In this document: positions 7,673-16,519 of the stretch, piece by piece | Position numbering within the stretch: the first letter of the stretch is position 1 | Layout of the letters: the number at the start of each line of letters is the position of its first letter | Virus record (IMG/VR): IMGVR_UViG_3300048849_000020 | Span: 1-43,487 of that record | Reading direction: 5' to 3' (one strand) | DNA length: 43,487 bases | Source of the DNA: a virus | Lineage: Duplodnaviria; Caudoviricetes | Position numbers and translations under genes: made by a program | Notes under the pieces: model-generated | Databases searched by the model: none | Seen by the model: only the letters and a program-made list of their open reading frames with translations | Told to the model about the DNA's origin: nothing

Positions 7673-8229
7673 TGGACGTCAGCACCGCAATCCAAGCCAA
7701 GTCCGACCAGCTCAACGCGATTGATTTGGCTGGTGGACCCGTTACCGTCCGCATCCTCGAGGTGCGCGAAGGTAACGCCGACCAGCCCGTCAACATCATC
7801 ACCGACATGTTCGGCCCCAGCCGCCCCTTCAAGCCCTCCAAGACAGTCCTACGAGTCCTCGTCGCAGGATGGAACACCACCGACACCACCGCCTGGGTTG
7901 GCAGATCCGTCACCCTCTACCGCGACCCAGCCGTCCGCTGGGCAGGTGAACAGGTCGGCGGCATCCGAGTCAGCGCAATGTCGCACCTCGACAAGCCACT
8001 CGCACTCATGCTGCCCACATCCAAGGGGAAGACGGCTAAGTCGACGATTCAAGTGCTGCCCGACACGCCCTCACCCGCACCCATCGACTGGCTGGCCGAG
8101 CTCGCAACCGCCGGCAACGACCCCGCCGCCCTCAACGCGCTCGGACACGCAGCCAAGAACGCAGGCGCAGGAGAAGACGTACTCGGGCAGATCCGGGCAG
8201 CACTCAACGCGGCAAGGGAGGCAAGCTGA
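7672..8229 (+). CDS. Conserved phage protein in the annealase position (putative ssDNA-binding/annealing partner)
   Basis: Coupled to the exonuclease; KSDQLNA.DL..GP.TV.I...W.G.SVTLY.DP.V..GGIRVS. Confidence 0.6.
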   Translation: MDVSTAIQAKSDQLNAIDLAGGPVTVRILEVREGNADQPVNIITDMFGPSRPFKPSKTVLRVLVAGWNTTDTTAWVGRSVTLYRDPAVRWAGEQVGGIRVSAMSHLDKPLALMLPTSKGKTAKSTIQVLPDTPSPAPIDWLAELATAGNDPAALNALGHAAKNAGAGEDVLGQIRAALNAAREAS

Positions 8230-8762
8230 TGCTCGCAGGATTTAAAGCGCAGAATCACCCGCAGCAGACCGGCGCTCGAGGTGCGCTCGACGAGGTAGAC
8301 GACCGTGGCACGCACCGGGAGTACTTCGACCCTTGGAACGAACGTTTTGGCGGTTTCACTCTCGACGTCGCAGCCGCACCACACAACGCCAAGTGTGATC
8401 GATACTTCACCCGCCAGGATGACGGCCTCGCACAGTCATGGGCAGGTGAACGCGTCTGGTGCAATCCGCCCTACTCGAATCTGTACGACTGGGTGAGCAA
8501 GGCGTGGCAGGAGTGGCCGACAAGCCGCGGCATCGTCATGCTCCTGCCGGCGAACCGGCCTGAGCAGAAATGGTGGCAGGAGCTTGTGGAGCCCACGCGT
8601 GACCGCAGCAACTCGCCACTACGGACGGAGTTCCAGCCGGGCCGTATGCGTTTCGAGCGCCGTGACGTCACGATCGGCCCAAAGGGCGACCGCCCACCGT
8701 TCGGTTGCGTCCTCCTGATCTGGGAAGACCCAGAGAACCGCGGAACATGGGGTCACCGATGA
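8229..8762 (+). CDS. dam: Phage DNA N6-adenine methyltransferase (Dam family)
   Basis: FTLDVAA...NAKC, DDGLAQSW, VWCNPPYS, VMLLPA. Confidence 0.9.
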   Translation: MLAGFKAQNHPQQTGARGALDEVDDRGTHREYFDPWNERFGGFTLDVAAAPHNAKCDRYFTRQDDGLAQSWAGERVWCNPPYSNLYDWVSKAWQEWPTSRGIVMLLPANRPEQKWWQELVEPTRDRSNSPLRTEFQPGRMRFERRDVTIGPKGDRPPFGCVLLIWEDPENRGTWGHR

Positions 8763-9154
8763 TCAAAATCGCCACCTTCACAGTAGAAGGCAACCCTCGG
8801 CCAAAAGAACGACCACGGTTCAGACGGGGCCGCGGATACACCACACAAGCCACTCGAGACGCTGAATCTCGAGTGGCTTCGTCGTTCCGGGAACAGCTTG
8901 GCGTTCGACACACGATCGAACGCCCCGTGACAGGCGACCTGCAAGTAGTCGCTCGCTTCTACCGCAAGAACGCCATATCGGCGGACACGGACAACATGTA
9001 CAAGCTGCTGACCGATGCACTCAATGGCATTGCCTGGGTGGACGACAAGCAGATCAAGTCAATCCGCGCTGATCAGGAAATTGACCGGGACAAGCCGCGG
9101 ACCGAAGTCGAGATCTGGCTGCTCGCAGATTGGTACGACGATGCCGAAGCGTGA
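8759..9154 (+). CDS. rusA: RusA-like Holliday junction resolvase
   Basis: VEGNPRPKERPR, DTDNMYKLLTDALNGIAWVDDKQI. Confidence 0.92.
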   Translation: MIKIATFTVEGNPRPKERPRFRRGRGYTTQATRDAESRVASSFREQLGVRHTIERPVTGDLQVVARFYRKNAISADTDNMYKLLTDALNGIAWVDDKQIKSIRADQEIDRDKPRTEVEIWLLADWYDDAEA

Positions 9155-9287
9155 ACACCTGGACCAAGTGATTGAACGGGTCGACGGCCTCATCAAGGAG
9201 CATCGGGCGTCGAATCTCCCCGACGTGACTATCAGCTACGCCGACCTCGAGCGGCTGTTGAACGCATCCATCTGGGGCGACGACTGA
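9141..9287 (+). CDS. Small hypothetical protein
   Basis: 48-aa ORF overlapping the end of rusA. Confidence 0.55.
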   Translation: MPKREHLDQVIERVDGLIKEHRASNLPDVTISYADLERLLNASIWGDD

Positions 9288-9339
9288 TTATCCACAGGCA
9301 ATGTGCACAAGTGGGGTACTTACTAACACCCTCTCCACA
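9288..9339. promoter_or_regulatory. DnaA-box cluster
   Basis: TTATCCACA (9288-9296, perfect), inverted TGTGCACAA (9302-9310), degenerate CTCTCCACA (9331-9339). Confidence 0.6.
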
Positions 9340-9440
9340 ATGCTCATCGTACTTATGTTCGGTAGAATCAGAACGGCCCCGGAAAGTGCGGGAACACTAT
9401 TCCGGGGCCTCGCCCGAACACCTCAACAAAGGAACGAGCT

Positions 9441-9644
9441 ATGTCGATCCTACCCGAGTCAGACAACAGACAGCAGATCGCACTGGGGCACCTCAAGCTC
9501 TGCCGCGAAGAGCTCAACCAGGCCAAGCGCTCGCGTGCCCTCTACGTCGATCTGGCCCGCAAGTACGGGCTCAGCAACCAGGCAATCGGTGAAGCGCTCG
9601 GCATCACCGAAGCAGGGGTGCGCCGGATCATGGCAGGCAGCTGA
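9441..9644 (+). CDS. Small HTH DNA-binding protein
   Basis: ARKYGLSNQAIGEALGITEAGVRRI; AAGGA RBS. Confidence 0.8.
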   Translation: MSILPESDNRQQIALGHLKLCREELNQAKRSRALYVDLARKYGLSNQAIGEALGITEAGVRRIMAGS

Positions 9645-10471
9645 TGGCGCGAGACAGAGCGAGCATCCGACTCGACATGTGGGCCGACGAGGACTGGCGC
9701 AACCTCTCCGTGGAAGCGCAGCGGCTGTACATGCTCCTGCTCAGCCACCCAACACTCTCGTACGCCGGAGTGGCCGACTGGCGTCCAGGACGGATCGCAC
9801 AACTGTCGGCCGGCACGACCGCGGCGGAAGTCGAGCGCGCTGCTCAGGAGCTCGAGCAGGCAGCGTTCATTCTCCGGGACGAGACAACCGAGGAAGTTCT
9901 CATCCGATCGTTCATCAAGCACGACGGGCTGATGAAGCAACCCAAGCTCGTCGTCTCCATGACGACAGCGTTCGCGGCGGTCGCTTCGAGCAAGATCCGG
10001 GAGGTCGTTGCGTTCGAGGTGCAGAAGCTTCACGGCCGCGACCAGACACTCAAGTGGGACGTCGCACAGGTGCAAACGGTGCTCGCCGCTAAGGGTTCCC
10101 CGATCGCAACGTTTACCCATCCAGTTACCCCTGGCTTTACCCCTGCACTTACCCCAAACGATGGGCACGGCCAAGGGTTGCACACTACTACAGCTACTAC
10201 TACAGCTACAGAAGCTTCGCTTCCTGTGGGCGATGATCGGATCAAGGAAACACGATTGCCGAAGGACTGGGCACCAACCGCAAGCCACCTCGAGCTCGCG
10301 AAGACCCGCGGAGTGAACATCATCGCGGAGGCTGACAACTTCCGACTGCACGCCGAGACGCATGACCGCCACGCAGCTAGATGGAACGCCGCGTTCACCA
10401 CCTGGCTCAAGAAGGCCAAACCGTCCGGCCCGAACGGTCGCGTTGACCCCGACGCGTGGATGAACGCATGA
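9644..10471 (+). CDS. Phage replication initiator (N-terminal wHTH, internal iterons, C-terminal DnaT-like domain)
   Basis: IRLDMWADEDWRNLS..AQRLY.LL; C-terminal RLPKDWAPT...FRLH...W.AAF..WL; precedes the helicase. Confidence 0.8.
   Translation: MARDRASIRLDMWADEDWRNLSVEAQRLYMLLLSHPTLSYAGVADWRPGRIAQLSAGTTAAEVERAAQELEQAAFILRDETTEEVLIRSFIKHDGLMKQPKLVVSMTTAFAAVASSKIREVVAFEVQKLHGRDQTLKWDVAQVQTVLAAKGSPIATFTHPVTPGFTPALTPNDGHGQGLHTTTATTTATEASLPVGDDRIKETRLPKDWAPTASHLELAKTRGVNIIAEADNFRLHAETHDRHAARWNAAFTTWLKKAKPSGPNGRVDPDAWMNA
10113..10211 (+). repeat. Iteron-like repeats (probable phage origin)
   Basis: TTACCC at 10113, 10125, 10137 and 10149 (12-bp period), then CTACTACAG/CTACAG repeats at about 10185-10211. 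Confidence 0.7.
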
Positions 10472-11649
10472 CGGGCACGCAAGCGGAACAGAACCTGCTC
10501 GGTGCGATCATCCGCGACCCACTGCAGGCCGGCCGCATTCACGGCATGGTCGCATCCGGGGACTTCTCGGACGCACGCATGGGCGTCATCTTCGACGGCA
10601 TCATGGAACGCCTCAGCCGATCCGATGCGATTGATGCGGCGATCGTGGACACGGCACTCGCTGGCTGGGGTGTTCGCGGTTTGGAGACGGAAGTCTTCAC
10701 GTGGGCCGACCCGTTGGTGTACTCGTTCGCAGCGCCGGAGTACGCGGCCGGTGTCCGCGCTGATGCGGTCCGGCGTGAGTCTCGGAGCATCGCCAACACG
10801 ATGCAGGAAGACCTCGCAGCTGGCGCACCGCCGATGGATGCGGCGTCGATGGCTCTCAACAGGTTGCAGACGCTCGTTGACGGGCACAGCACGGGCATGT
10901 TGCAGACCAAGACGCTCGCGGAGATCCTGGCCGGCTCAGACGCTTACGACTGGGTGATCCCGGAACTGCTCGAGCGGAAGGATCGACTGATCGTCACCGG
11001 GCCTGAGGGATCCGGGAAGACGACGTTCGTGCGGCAGCTAGCCGTTCTCGCATCAGCCGGCATCCACCCGACGTCGTTCAAGCCGATTGAACCGGTGAAG
11101 GTGCTCGTGGTTGATGCGGAGAACACGGAACGGCAATGGCGGCGAGCGGTCCGGTTCACGGCGCGTCGAGCTCAGGAAGTCGGAGCGGTTGACCCCGGGT
11201 TGGCGATCAACATCGTCGCCGGCAACCGCATCGACATCACCCGCGGTTCGCACCTGTCCGAGATTCACCGACTCATCGACCGACACAAGCCCGATGTCCT
11301 GTTCATCGGGCCGCTGTACAAGCTCGTCCCCAAGGCGATCAACAACGACGACGACGCAGCACCGCTCATCGTCGGGCTCGACTCGCTTCGGGAACGAGAC
11401 ATCGCACTCGTCATGGAAGCGCACGCCGGCAAGTCAGCGTCAGCGTCCGGCGAGCGCGACCTACGCCCTCGAGGGTCTGCCGCACTGCTGGGCTGGCCTG
11501 AGTTCGGATTCGGATTGCGGCCTGACCCGGACGGAACCGGAGACATGAGGACTGTTGCCGTGTCGCGTTGGCGCGGTGACCGAGATGAACGGGCATGGCC
11601 GAAGCGAATGATTCGCGGTGCGTCGTGGCCGTGGGAGCCAGTGCAATGA
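10468..11649 (+). CDS. Replicative helicase (DnaB-like N-terminus plus RecA-type ATPase)
   Basis: AEQNLLGAII N-terminus; Walker A GPEGSGKT; VLVVDAEN; EAHAGK; RPRGS. Confidence 0.88.
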   Translation: MTGTQAEQNLLGAIIRDPLQAGRIHGMVASGDFSDARMGVIFDGIMERLSRSDAIDAAIVDTALAGWGVRGLETEVFTWADPLVYSFAAPEYAAGVRADAVRRESRSIANTMQEDLAAGAPPMDAASMALNRLQTLVDGHSTGMLQTKTLAEILAGSDAYDWVIPELLERKDRLIVTGPEGSGKTTFVRQLAVLASAGIHPTSFKPIEPVKVLVVDAENTERQWRRAVRFTARRAQEVGAVDPGLAINIVAGNRIDITRGSHLSEIHRLIDRHKPDVLFIGPLYKLVPKAINNDDDAAPLIVGLDSLRERDIALVMEAHAGKSASASGERDLRPRGSAALLGWPEFGFGLRPDPDGTGDMRTVAVSRWRGDRDERAWPKRMIRGASWPWEPVQ

Positions 11650-11801
11650 CCAAAACGACCACTGTGACGTTGCGTCTCACCCCGGACGATCGGGATTTGG
11701 CGCAGCAGCAGGCAATCAACCACTACGAGTCGATGTCGGAGTACATCAGACGGCTCGTTCACGAGGACGCCGCACGTGCGGCACGAAAGGCAGCATCATG
11801 A
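11646..11801 (+). CDS. Ribbon-helix-helix protein
   Basis: VTLRLTPDDRDL...SMSEYIRRLV. Confidence 0.75.
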   Translation: MTKTTTVTLRLTPDDRDLAQQQAINHYESMSEYIRRLVHEDAARAARKAAS

Positions 11802-12262
11802 GTAAGGCAGAGATCCGAGTTGAGGGCTTCGTCACGAAGGACCCTGAGCTTCGGCAGCACAACGGCAAGTCCGTGATCGCCGTGGACATCGCGCACACGC
11901 CTCGGAAGAAAGATGGCGACCAGTGGGTGGATGCGGGCGAGACGATCTGGTTCCAGGCGTCGTTCTGGGAGAAGGATGCGGAGGCGATTGCGTCGAGTGT
12001 CCGGAAGAGCACTTTGGTGACTGTGACCGGCCAGCCCGAGCTCAACGTGTATCAGCGGCAGGACGGCACCCCCGGCGTTTCGGTGCGCATCAAGTTCGGG
12101 ACGCTCGGAATCATCCCCCGCGAGGCCCAGTCCGCCTCCTACGCCCCGAACAACACCCCGGCGGGCAACCAGACGCAGAACGTGGGGAACGGGGCGCAGA
12201 TGGGCGCACAGAGCGTGTGGAATGCACCTGCTGGCGGGTACAACGACGAAACGCCGTTCTGA
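11798..12262 (+). CDS. ssb: Single-stranded DNA-binding protein
   Basis: VEGFVTKDPELR, TIWFQASFW, C-terminal DETPF. Confidence 0.93.
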   Translation: MSKAEIRVEGFVTKDPELRQHNGKSVIAVDIAHTPRKKDGDQWVDAGETIWFQASFWEKDAEAIASSVRKSTLVTVTGQPELNVYQRQDGTPGVSVRIKFGTLGIIPREAQSASYAPNNTPAGNQTQNVGNGAQMGAQSVWNAPAGGYNDETPF

Positions 12263-12381
12263 TGAGCGCATGTCTACCGAGCGAACATGTCGACGAATAC
12301 CTGGCGGATGAAGGCGACGGCATGCGCGTGTACCGCTGCGATGCATGCGGCGCGGAATGGTGGGAGGACACCGATGATTGA
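12262..12381 (+). CDS. Tiny Zn-ribbon hypothetical protein
   Basis: C...H...YRCDACG; TGATG overlap. Confidence 0.55.
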   Translation: MSACLPSEHVDEYLADEGDGMRVYRCDACGAEWWEDTDD

Positions 12382-12631
12382 GTGGCCGGAAAGCATCGAG
12401 CACAACGCGAGCGACCTTGAGCGATATGCAGCAGCGAATCTCGACGGCGGACCGATGGCTCGTCGTATGGCTCGCGTTATGCGTCACTACCGGGAGCAGC
12501 AGCGAGTGCTCGATGCACTGCAGAACATGCTCGCGGTTCCACCGCATGATGTCATGGGTGGCATTCAGAAGCAGCAGCGCGCTTGGAACCTCATTGAAGA
12601 GATGCGCGAGGAATGGGAGAAGGAAAATTGA
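12374..12631 (+). CDS. Phage hypothetical protein
   Basis: GGAGG RBS; coupled. Confidence 0.65.
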   Translation: MIEWPESIEHNASDLERYAAANLDGGPMARRMARVMRHYREQQRVLDALQNMLAVPPHDVMGGIQKQQRAWNLIEEMREEWEKEN

Positions 12632-12846
12632 GCTATCGGGACAAAGGGTTCCTCGCTTTCACGGTTGACCGGCTGGCCCTGATCCGCGAACGGCACTGGG
12701 AGGAAGCAAATCGCTGGCGCATGAGCGTTGAGCCAAACGACCACGATGCCACGTACAAGCAGCGTTTGGAAGCAGCGGAGAACGCTGCAGCCAGTGAGCT
12801 GTCCGACGTCATCACGATGCTCATGAAGTATGGAGAAAGCCGCTGA
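12628..12846 (+). CDS. Phage hypothetical protein
   Basis: TTGA overlap and RBS. Confidence 0.6.
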   Translation: MSYRDKGFLAFTVDRLALIRERHWEEANRWRMSVEPNDHDATYKQRLEAAENAAASELSDVITMLMKYGESR

Positions 12847-13343
12847 TGGACATGAACGAGGCGCACGACCAAGCGCGATTCGCCGCTGAGAACGAAATCG
12901 GCTGGCATCTTGCAGGTGGCGAAGTGTCTTCCCTTGCAAGCATGGCTTACGAGCGTGGATGGGATGACGCGGCGAAGGCCAGCCCGACGCTTCCCCCTAA
13001 GTTCGCAGACGAAGCGCGGCTGGTCGCGTACACGCTCCGCGACCGAGCCGATGACATCGCCACTGACAACGTGGCGACCGCCTACCTTCCAGATGACTGG
13101 GAAGCACTCAATTCGGATTTGCTTCGAGCAGTCGCGGCCCTGCAGTACGCAGCAGAGAAAGCCAATCCATCCGTGCGCGTCACTAAGTACCCGTCGAGCA
13201 CGATCAGGTCGCCGTACGACGACCCGTACAAGGTGGTGCTTGCCCGTTCCGAGCTGCGCCACTGGGCAAACGATAACCAGGCCGGGAAGCCGGTTTGGCG
13301 GGACATCGACCGCGTGCTTATCGGCAAGTGGGACGAGCCGTGA
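12846..13343 (+). CDS. Phage hypothetical modular protein
   Basis: GGAG RBS; TGATG overlap; 165 aa. Confidence 0.7.
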   Translation: MDMNEAHDQARFAAENEIGWHLAGGEVSSLASMAYERGWDDAAKASPTLPPKFADEARLVAYTLRDRADDIATDNVATAYLPDDWEALNSDLLRAVAALQYAAEKANPSVRVTKYPSSTIRSPYDDPYKVVLARSELRHWANDNQAGKPVWRDIDRVLIGKWDEP

Positions 13344-13480
13344 GCACCGTGATCTCCGACGCCTGCCCAACATGCGGTGACCTCTGCGGAATGCGCGAGT
13401 TCACCCGACCATACGAAGAACGCGACGACTGGCTGGACGAGAAGGTCGTCGCCCATCGCCCCGAAGAGGAAGATGAGTGA
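13340..13480 (+). CDS. Small CxxC hypothetical protein
   Basis: GTGA overlap; CPTCG. Confidence 0.55.
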   Translation: MSTVISDACPTCGDLCGMREFTRPYEERDDWLDEKVVAHRPEEEDE

Positions 13481-13739
13481 CATGACAACCTACAACCCCG
13501 TGTACCGCAACCGCATCGAGTTCGTCCGTGCACTCGGCTACTCGGAAATGGATGTGCTGCAGGATGGCTTCCAAGACGAAGGACTGCTGATCATCGGCGC
13601 ATGGCCTGATCGTGGTCAGGTCAGCGAGGGCCACAACATGGTCACCAGCACGCTCGTGCCATGGCCGGACGACGCGACCCGTGAAGCAGCGATGGCGGCA
13701 CGGCAGCGCGACTACGACGAAACGAACGCCGATGGATGA
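13473..13739 (+). CDS. Phage hypothetical protein
   Basis: RBS and coupling. Confidence 0.6.
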   Translation: MSDMTTYNPVYRNRIEFVRALGYSEMDVLQDGFQDEGLLIIGAWPDRGQVSEGHNMVTSTLVPWPDDATREAAMAARQRDYDETNADG

Positions 13740-13881
13740 AGCAATCGCGGACATCATCCGTAAAGCAATGCGCGACGAAGCATCAGGTATCGACGGGCTA
13801 GGAACTCAGGTTCCTAGCCCGTCTCCCATTGCACGGTGGCCGTTCTGGTCTGAATCGGAAGCAGGTGAAGATGCGTGCTGA
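13732..13881 (+). CDS. Small hypothetical protein
   Basis: Overlaps both neighbours. Confidence 0.45.
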   Translation: MDEAIADIIRKAMRDEASGIDGLGTQVPSPSPIARWPFWSESEAGEDAC

Positions 13882-14356
13882 GTTGGTCGAGCGGTTCTGG
13901 GGCAAGATTGAGAAGTCGGAAGGTTGCTGGCTGTGGAGGGCAGGCAAGACACCCGATGGCTATGGCCAGTTCTGGGTCGACGGAAAAATGATGAAGGTCC
14001 ACCGAGTCGCGTACGAGTTGGCCTTCGGTGAGATACCGGAAAACCGCGTCATCGACCACATGTGTAGGAACCGGGCATGTGTGAACCCGACCCACCTGCG
14101 AGTGGTCACGAGCGGCGAGAACCAGCAGAACCGAGCCGTTCTACCCACCAACTCCAGCGGGTACAGAAACGTGTCTTGGCACGGTGCCTCGCGCGGGTGG
14201 CGAGTGAAGCTTCAACTGCGCGGCAAGACCATCCACATTGGCTACTACGCGGACCTTACGGACGCGGCGCAGGCTGCCTACGAAGCTCGTAAGCGTTACT
14301 TCGTCGCATCTGATCCGGTGGTTCCGAACCACGACGTCGCATGGGAGGACGCATGA
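13871..14356 (+). CDS. HNH homing endonuclease with C-terminal AP2-like domain
   Basis: RFWGK..GCWLW..GYG..VHRVAY..IDHMCRNRACVNPTHL..N; SGYRNVSW...HIGYY...AAQAA. Confidence 0.92.
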   Translation: MRAELVERFWGKIEKSEGCWLWRAGKTPDGYGQFWVDGKMMKVHRVAYELAFGEIPENRVIDHMCRNRACVNPTHLRVVTSGENQQNRAVLPTNSSGYRNVSWHGASRGWRVKLQLRGKTIHIGYYADLTDAAQAAYEARKRYFVASDPVVPNHDVAWEDA

Positions 14357-15033
14357 CCAAGGACCTCGAGGACAGACTCGGTGAAGCCGTCCACCTGCTC
14401 ACCAGCAGCCGAGACGAAGCGATCAGCGCCTACGGGGAAGACGGGACCTTCCTCGGTGTGCACATGATCAAACACGAATCACTCATCGACATGCTCATCC
14501 AAGGCACCGGCAACTCATCCGGTGCCGGTGGAAACGGATCCGGCGTACCCATCGACGCGGAAGCCATGATCATCCTCGACGGCATCAGCCGCACACTCGG
14601 GGAATGGTCACGGTGGATCATGTTCGACTACCGCCGCAACGACGTAGTGCACTCCATCTGCAAGTGGTACGAGGTGCACGTCAACAGTGTCCGCGACCGC
14701 CACCTCTCCGATGAAGGCGAACAGGTCGCCACTGACACAGTTGAACAATGGGTGCGTGACATCCAGAAGAAGTTCAACCCCGACAAGTGGCGCGAATGGG
14801 AAGCGAGCTGCCCCAAGTGTGGGCTCAGGCGCATCACCGTCAACGATGAGAACCGATTCGCCATCCGCCTCAACGTCACCCAGGTGTACGCCGAATGCGG
14901 CAACCCAGAGTGCGACGGATACTGGGAAGGGATCAAAGGCATCAGCGAACTCCGGTACTTCGCCAACATCGAACACGACACGCCACAAAACGAGCAGCCG
15001 ACCGACGTGACAAATGCCGATGTAATCGGTTAG
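14353..15033 (+). CDS. Conserved actinophage protein at the end of the early region (putative late-transcription regulator)
   Basis: SLIDML..G.G..GAGG..PIDAEA; C-terminal CPKCG...CGNPEC; lies just before the late promoter. Confidence 0.55.
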   Translation: MTKDLEDRLGEAVHLLTSSRDEAISAYGEDGTFLGVHMIKHESLIDMLIQGTGNSSGAGGNGSGVPIDAEAMIILDGISRTLGEWSRWIMFDYRRNDVVHSICKWYEVHVNSVRDRHLSDEGEQVATDTVEQWVRDIQKKFNPDKWREWEASCPKCGLRRITVNDENRFAIRLNVTQVYAECGNPECDGYWEGIKGISELRYFANIEHDTPQNEQPTDVTNADVIG

Positions 15034-15076
15034 TATCGACACCAAGAGGGCACCACCATGTGGACTCTCATCTAAC

Positions 15077-15110
15077 AGGCCATCAACCTTCGGGTAGGTG
15101 GCCTTCTTTG
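15077..15110 (+). terminator. Hairpin with UUCG loop and U-rich tail (intrinsic terminator or attenuator)
   Basis: AGGCCATCAACC-TTCG-GGTAGGTGGCCT-TCTTTG. Confidence 0.6.
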
Positions 15111-15332
15111 TTGCCCGTAACTGTTCGGGTCAGCGATGGGCGCAACAATCGAATACACGCTCGTCGGTCCGGAGATGCATACGGACCACCCCACAATCTT
15201 CCCGTCCGCGCCGGCCGACACATAACAGACCAGCGCCGCCCTGCCAAGCGCATACAGCCACGGTGGGTGAGCGGCGCGCCATGTCGAGCACAGCGGCTCG
15301 AGCCGGACGGGACTAAACCAACGGAGAACGTC

Positions 15333-15515
15333 ATGGACGACGAGCTCAGCGCACATCGAACGCGTACCAATCGGAGATACGCAACTGGCGGCTACATCAA
15401 CGGGCCGATCAACCTACACCCGGAACAACTGCCATGTGCGCTGCCACCTATGTCGGACAGTCTCATCGCCGCAGTCGACGCCGTGTTTGAGCAACCGATC
15501 GAGGATAGGGACTAA
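15333..15515 (+). CDS. Small hypothetical protein
   Basis: GGAG RBS; 60 aa. Confidence 0.55.
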   Translation: MDDELSAHRTRTNRRYATGGYINGPINLHPEQLPCALPPMSDSLIAAVDAVFEQPIEDRD

Positions 15516-15674
15516 ATGCTGGGACGCATCCTCTGCTGGATCGGATGGCACGACTGGGGATATCGAACGCCAGACGGACACGTACTGCCCGGTGGTGATC
15601 GGTACACAGCGCGAATCATTCGTCGCAAGTACGCCTTCGATTACCGATGCCTGCGATGCGGAGTCAAGCCATGA
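15516..15674 (+). CDS. Small Cys/His prophage protein (LCxxGxHxW...CxRCG)
   Basis: Read by hand: MLGRILCWIGWHDW...CLRCGVKP. Confidence 0.6.
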   Translation: MLGRILCWIGWHDWGYRTPDGHVLPGGDRYTARIIRRKYAFDYRCLRCGVKP

Positions 15675-15781
15675 CCAAGCGTGAACGTGCATGGCAGAAC
15701 GCCGGCATCATCGCCATGATCGCATCCGTCATCATCATCGCCTGGTCAACCGTGCACCTGATCGCAACCGCAGCATGGTGA
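15671..15781 (+). CDS. Small single-TM membrane protein
   Basis: Read by hand: MTKRERAWQNAGIIAMIASVIIIAWSTVHL. Confidence 0.55.
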   Translation: MTKRERAWQNAGIIAMIASVIIIAWSTVHLIATAAW

Positions 15782-15897
15782 GATGCAGTGAATGCGAGTA
15801 CGAATACCTGTCACTCGCAGCAGCCGAACGATGCGCAGACGACGACGCACGCAAACCCAGGAAGAACGACTGGCTGGATCCGCAAGACTGGGGCTGA
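15775..15897 (+). CDS. Tiny Zn-binding hypothetical protein
   Basis: RCSECEYEYLSLAAAERC. Confidence 0.55.
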   Translation: MVRCSECEYEYLSLAAAERCADDDARKPRKNDWLDPQDWG

Positions 15898-15900
15898 GCG

Positions 15901-16206
15901 ATGGCATGGTCAACCAGTGACCGCCGCTTCCGACTGCCACCCAACTGGGCTGACATCAAGCGACAGGTGAAGCACCGAGCACGCGGACTTTGTGAAGCAA
16001 CACACCACGATCCACGATGCGACGGACTCGGCACCGACTGCGACCACATCGAAGCCGGCGACAACCACTCACTCACCAACCTGCAATGGCTAAGCGCACC
16101 ATGCCACACAGCCAAGACAGCACGCGAGACAGCAGCGCGCAACCGCGCCATCTCTGCGCTTAAGCGACGCCCAAGTGAACCGCATCCCGGACGGAGACAA
16201 GCATGA
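15901..16206 (+). CDS. Packaging-associated HNH endonuclease (HK97 gp74-like)
   Basis: LPPNWADI...CDHIEAGDNHSLTNLQWL..PCH..KT; immediately upstream of terS. Confidence 0.88.
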   Translation: MAWSTSDRRFRLPPNWADIKRQVKHRARGLCEATHHDPRCDGLGTDCDHIEAGDNHSLTNLQWLSAPCHTAKTARETAARNRAISALKRRPSEPHPGRRQA

Positions 16207-16382
16207 CCAGCATCAAGATGCTCGAGAACAAGGGCAGCTACAAGGCCGGCGACACAGCACACGTCACATCCGGTGTCGCAGAGCTGCTCATCGGAAGCGG
16301 ATACGCGGAGGCCGTTGAATCCACTCCGAAGCGAGGTCGTCCCGCCAAGGCAAAGACCGACGACGACGAAGGCACCGAATAA
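16203..16382 (+). CDS. Small hypothetical protein with KRGRP tail
   Basis: GGAG RBS, ATGA overlap; YKAGD...AELLIGSGYAE. Confidence 0.65.
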   Translation: MTSIKMLENKGSYKAGDTAHVTSGVAELLIGSGYAEAVESTPKRGRPAKAKTDDDEGTE

Positions 16383-16519
16383 ACCCCTGATCAAAGGGGT
16401 GGGGGTGCCTCCCTTGTGCTAGTACAAAAAACCGCCGGATAGCAACTCTGGTCCAGCGAGCGACAAAGCCCCGTTTTTTCGACCCCTGGTGGGTATCCGC
16501 TTAGTCCCTGGAGGACGCT

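Noticed and set aside
9301-9592. ORFs 9301-10092 and 9311-9592
   Set aside because: Out-of-frame overlaps of the HTH and initiator genes with no recognisable motifs; 9288-9440 looks regulatory
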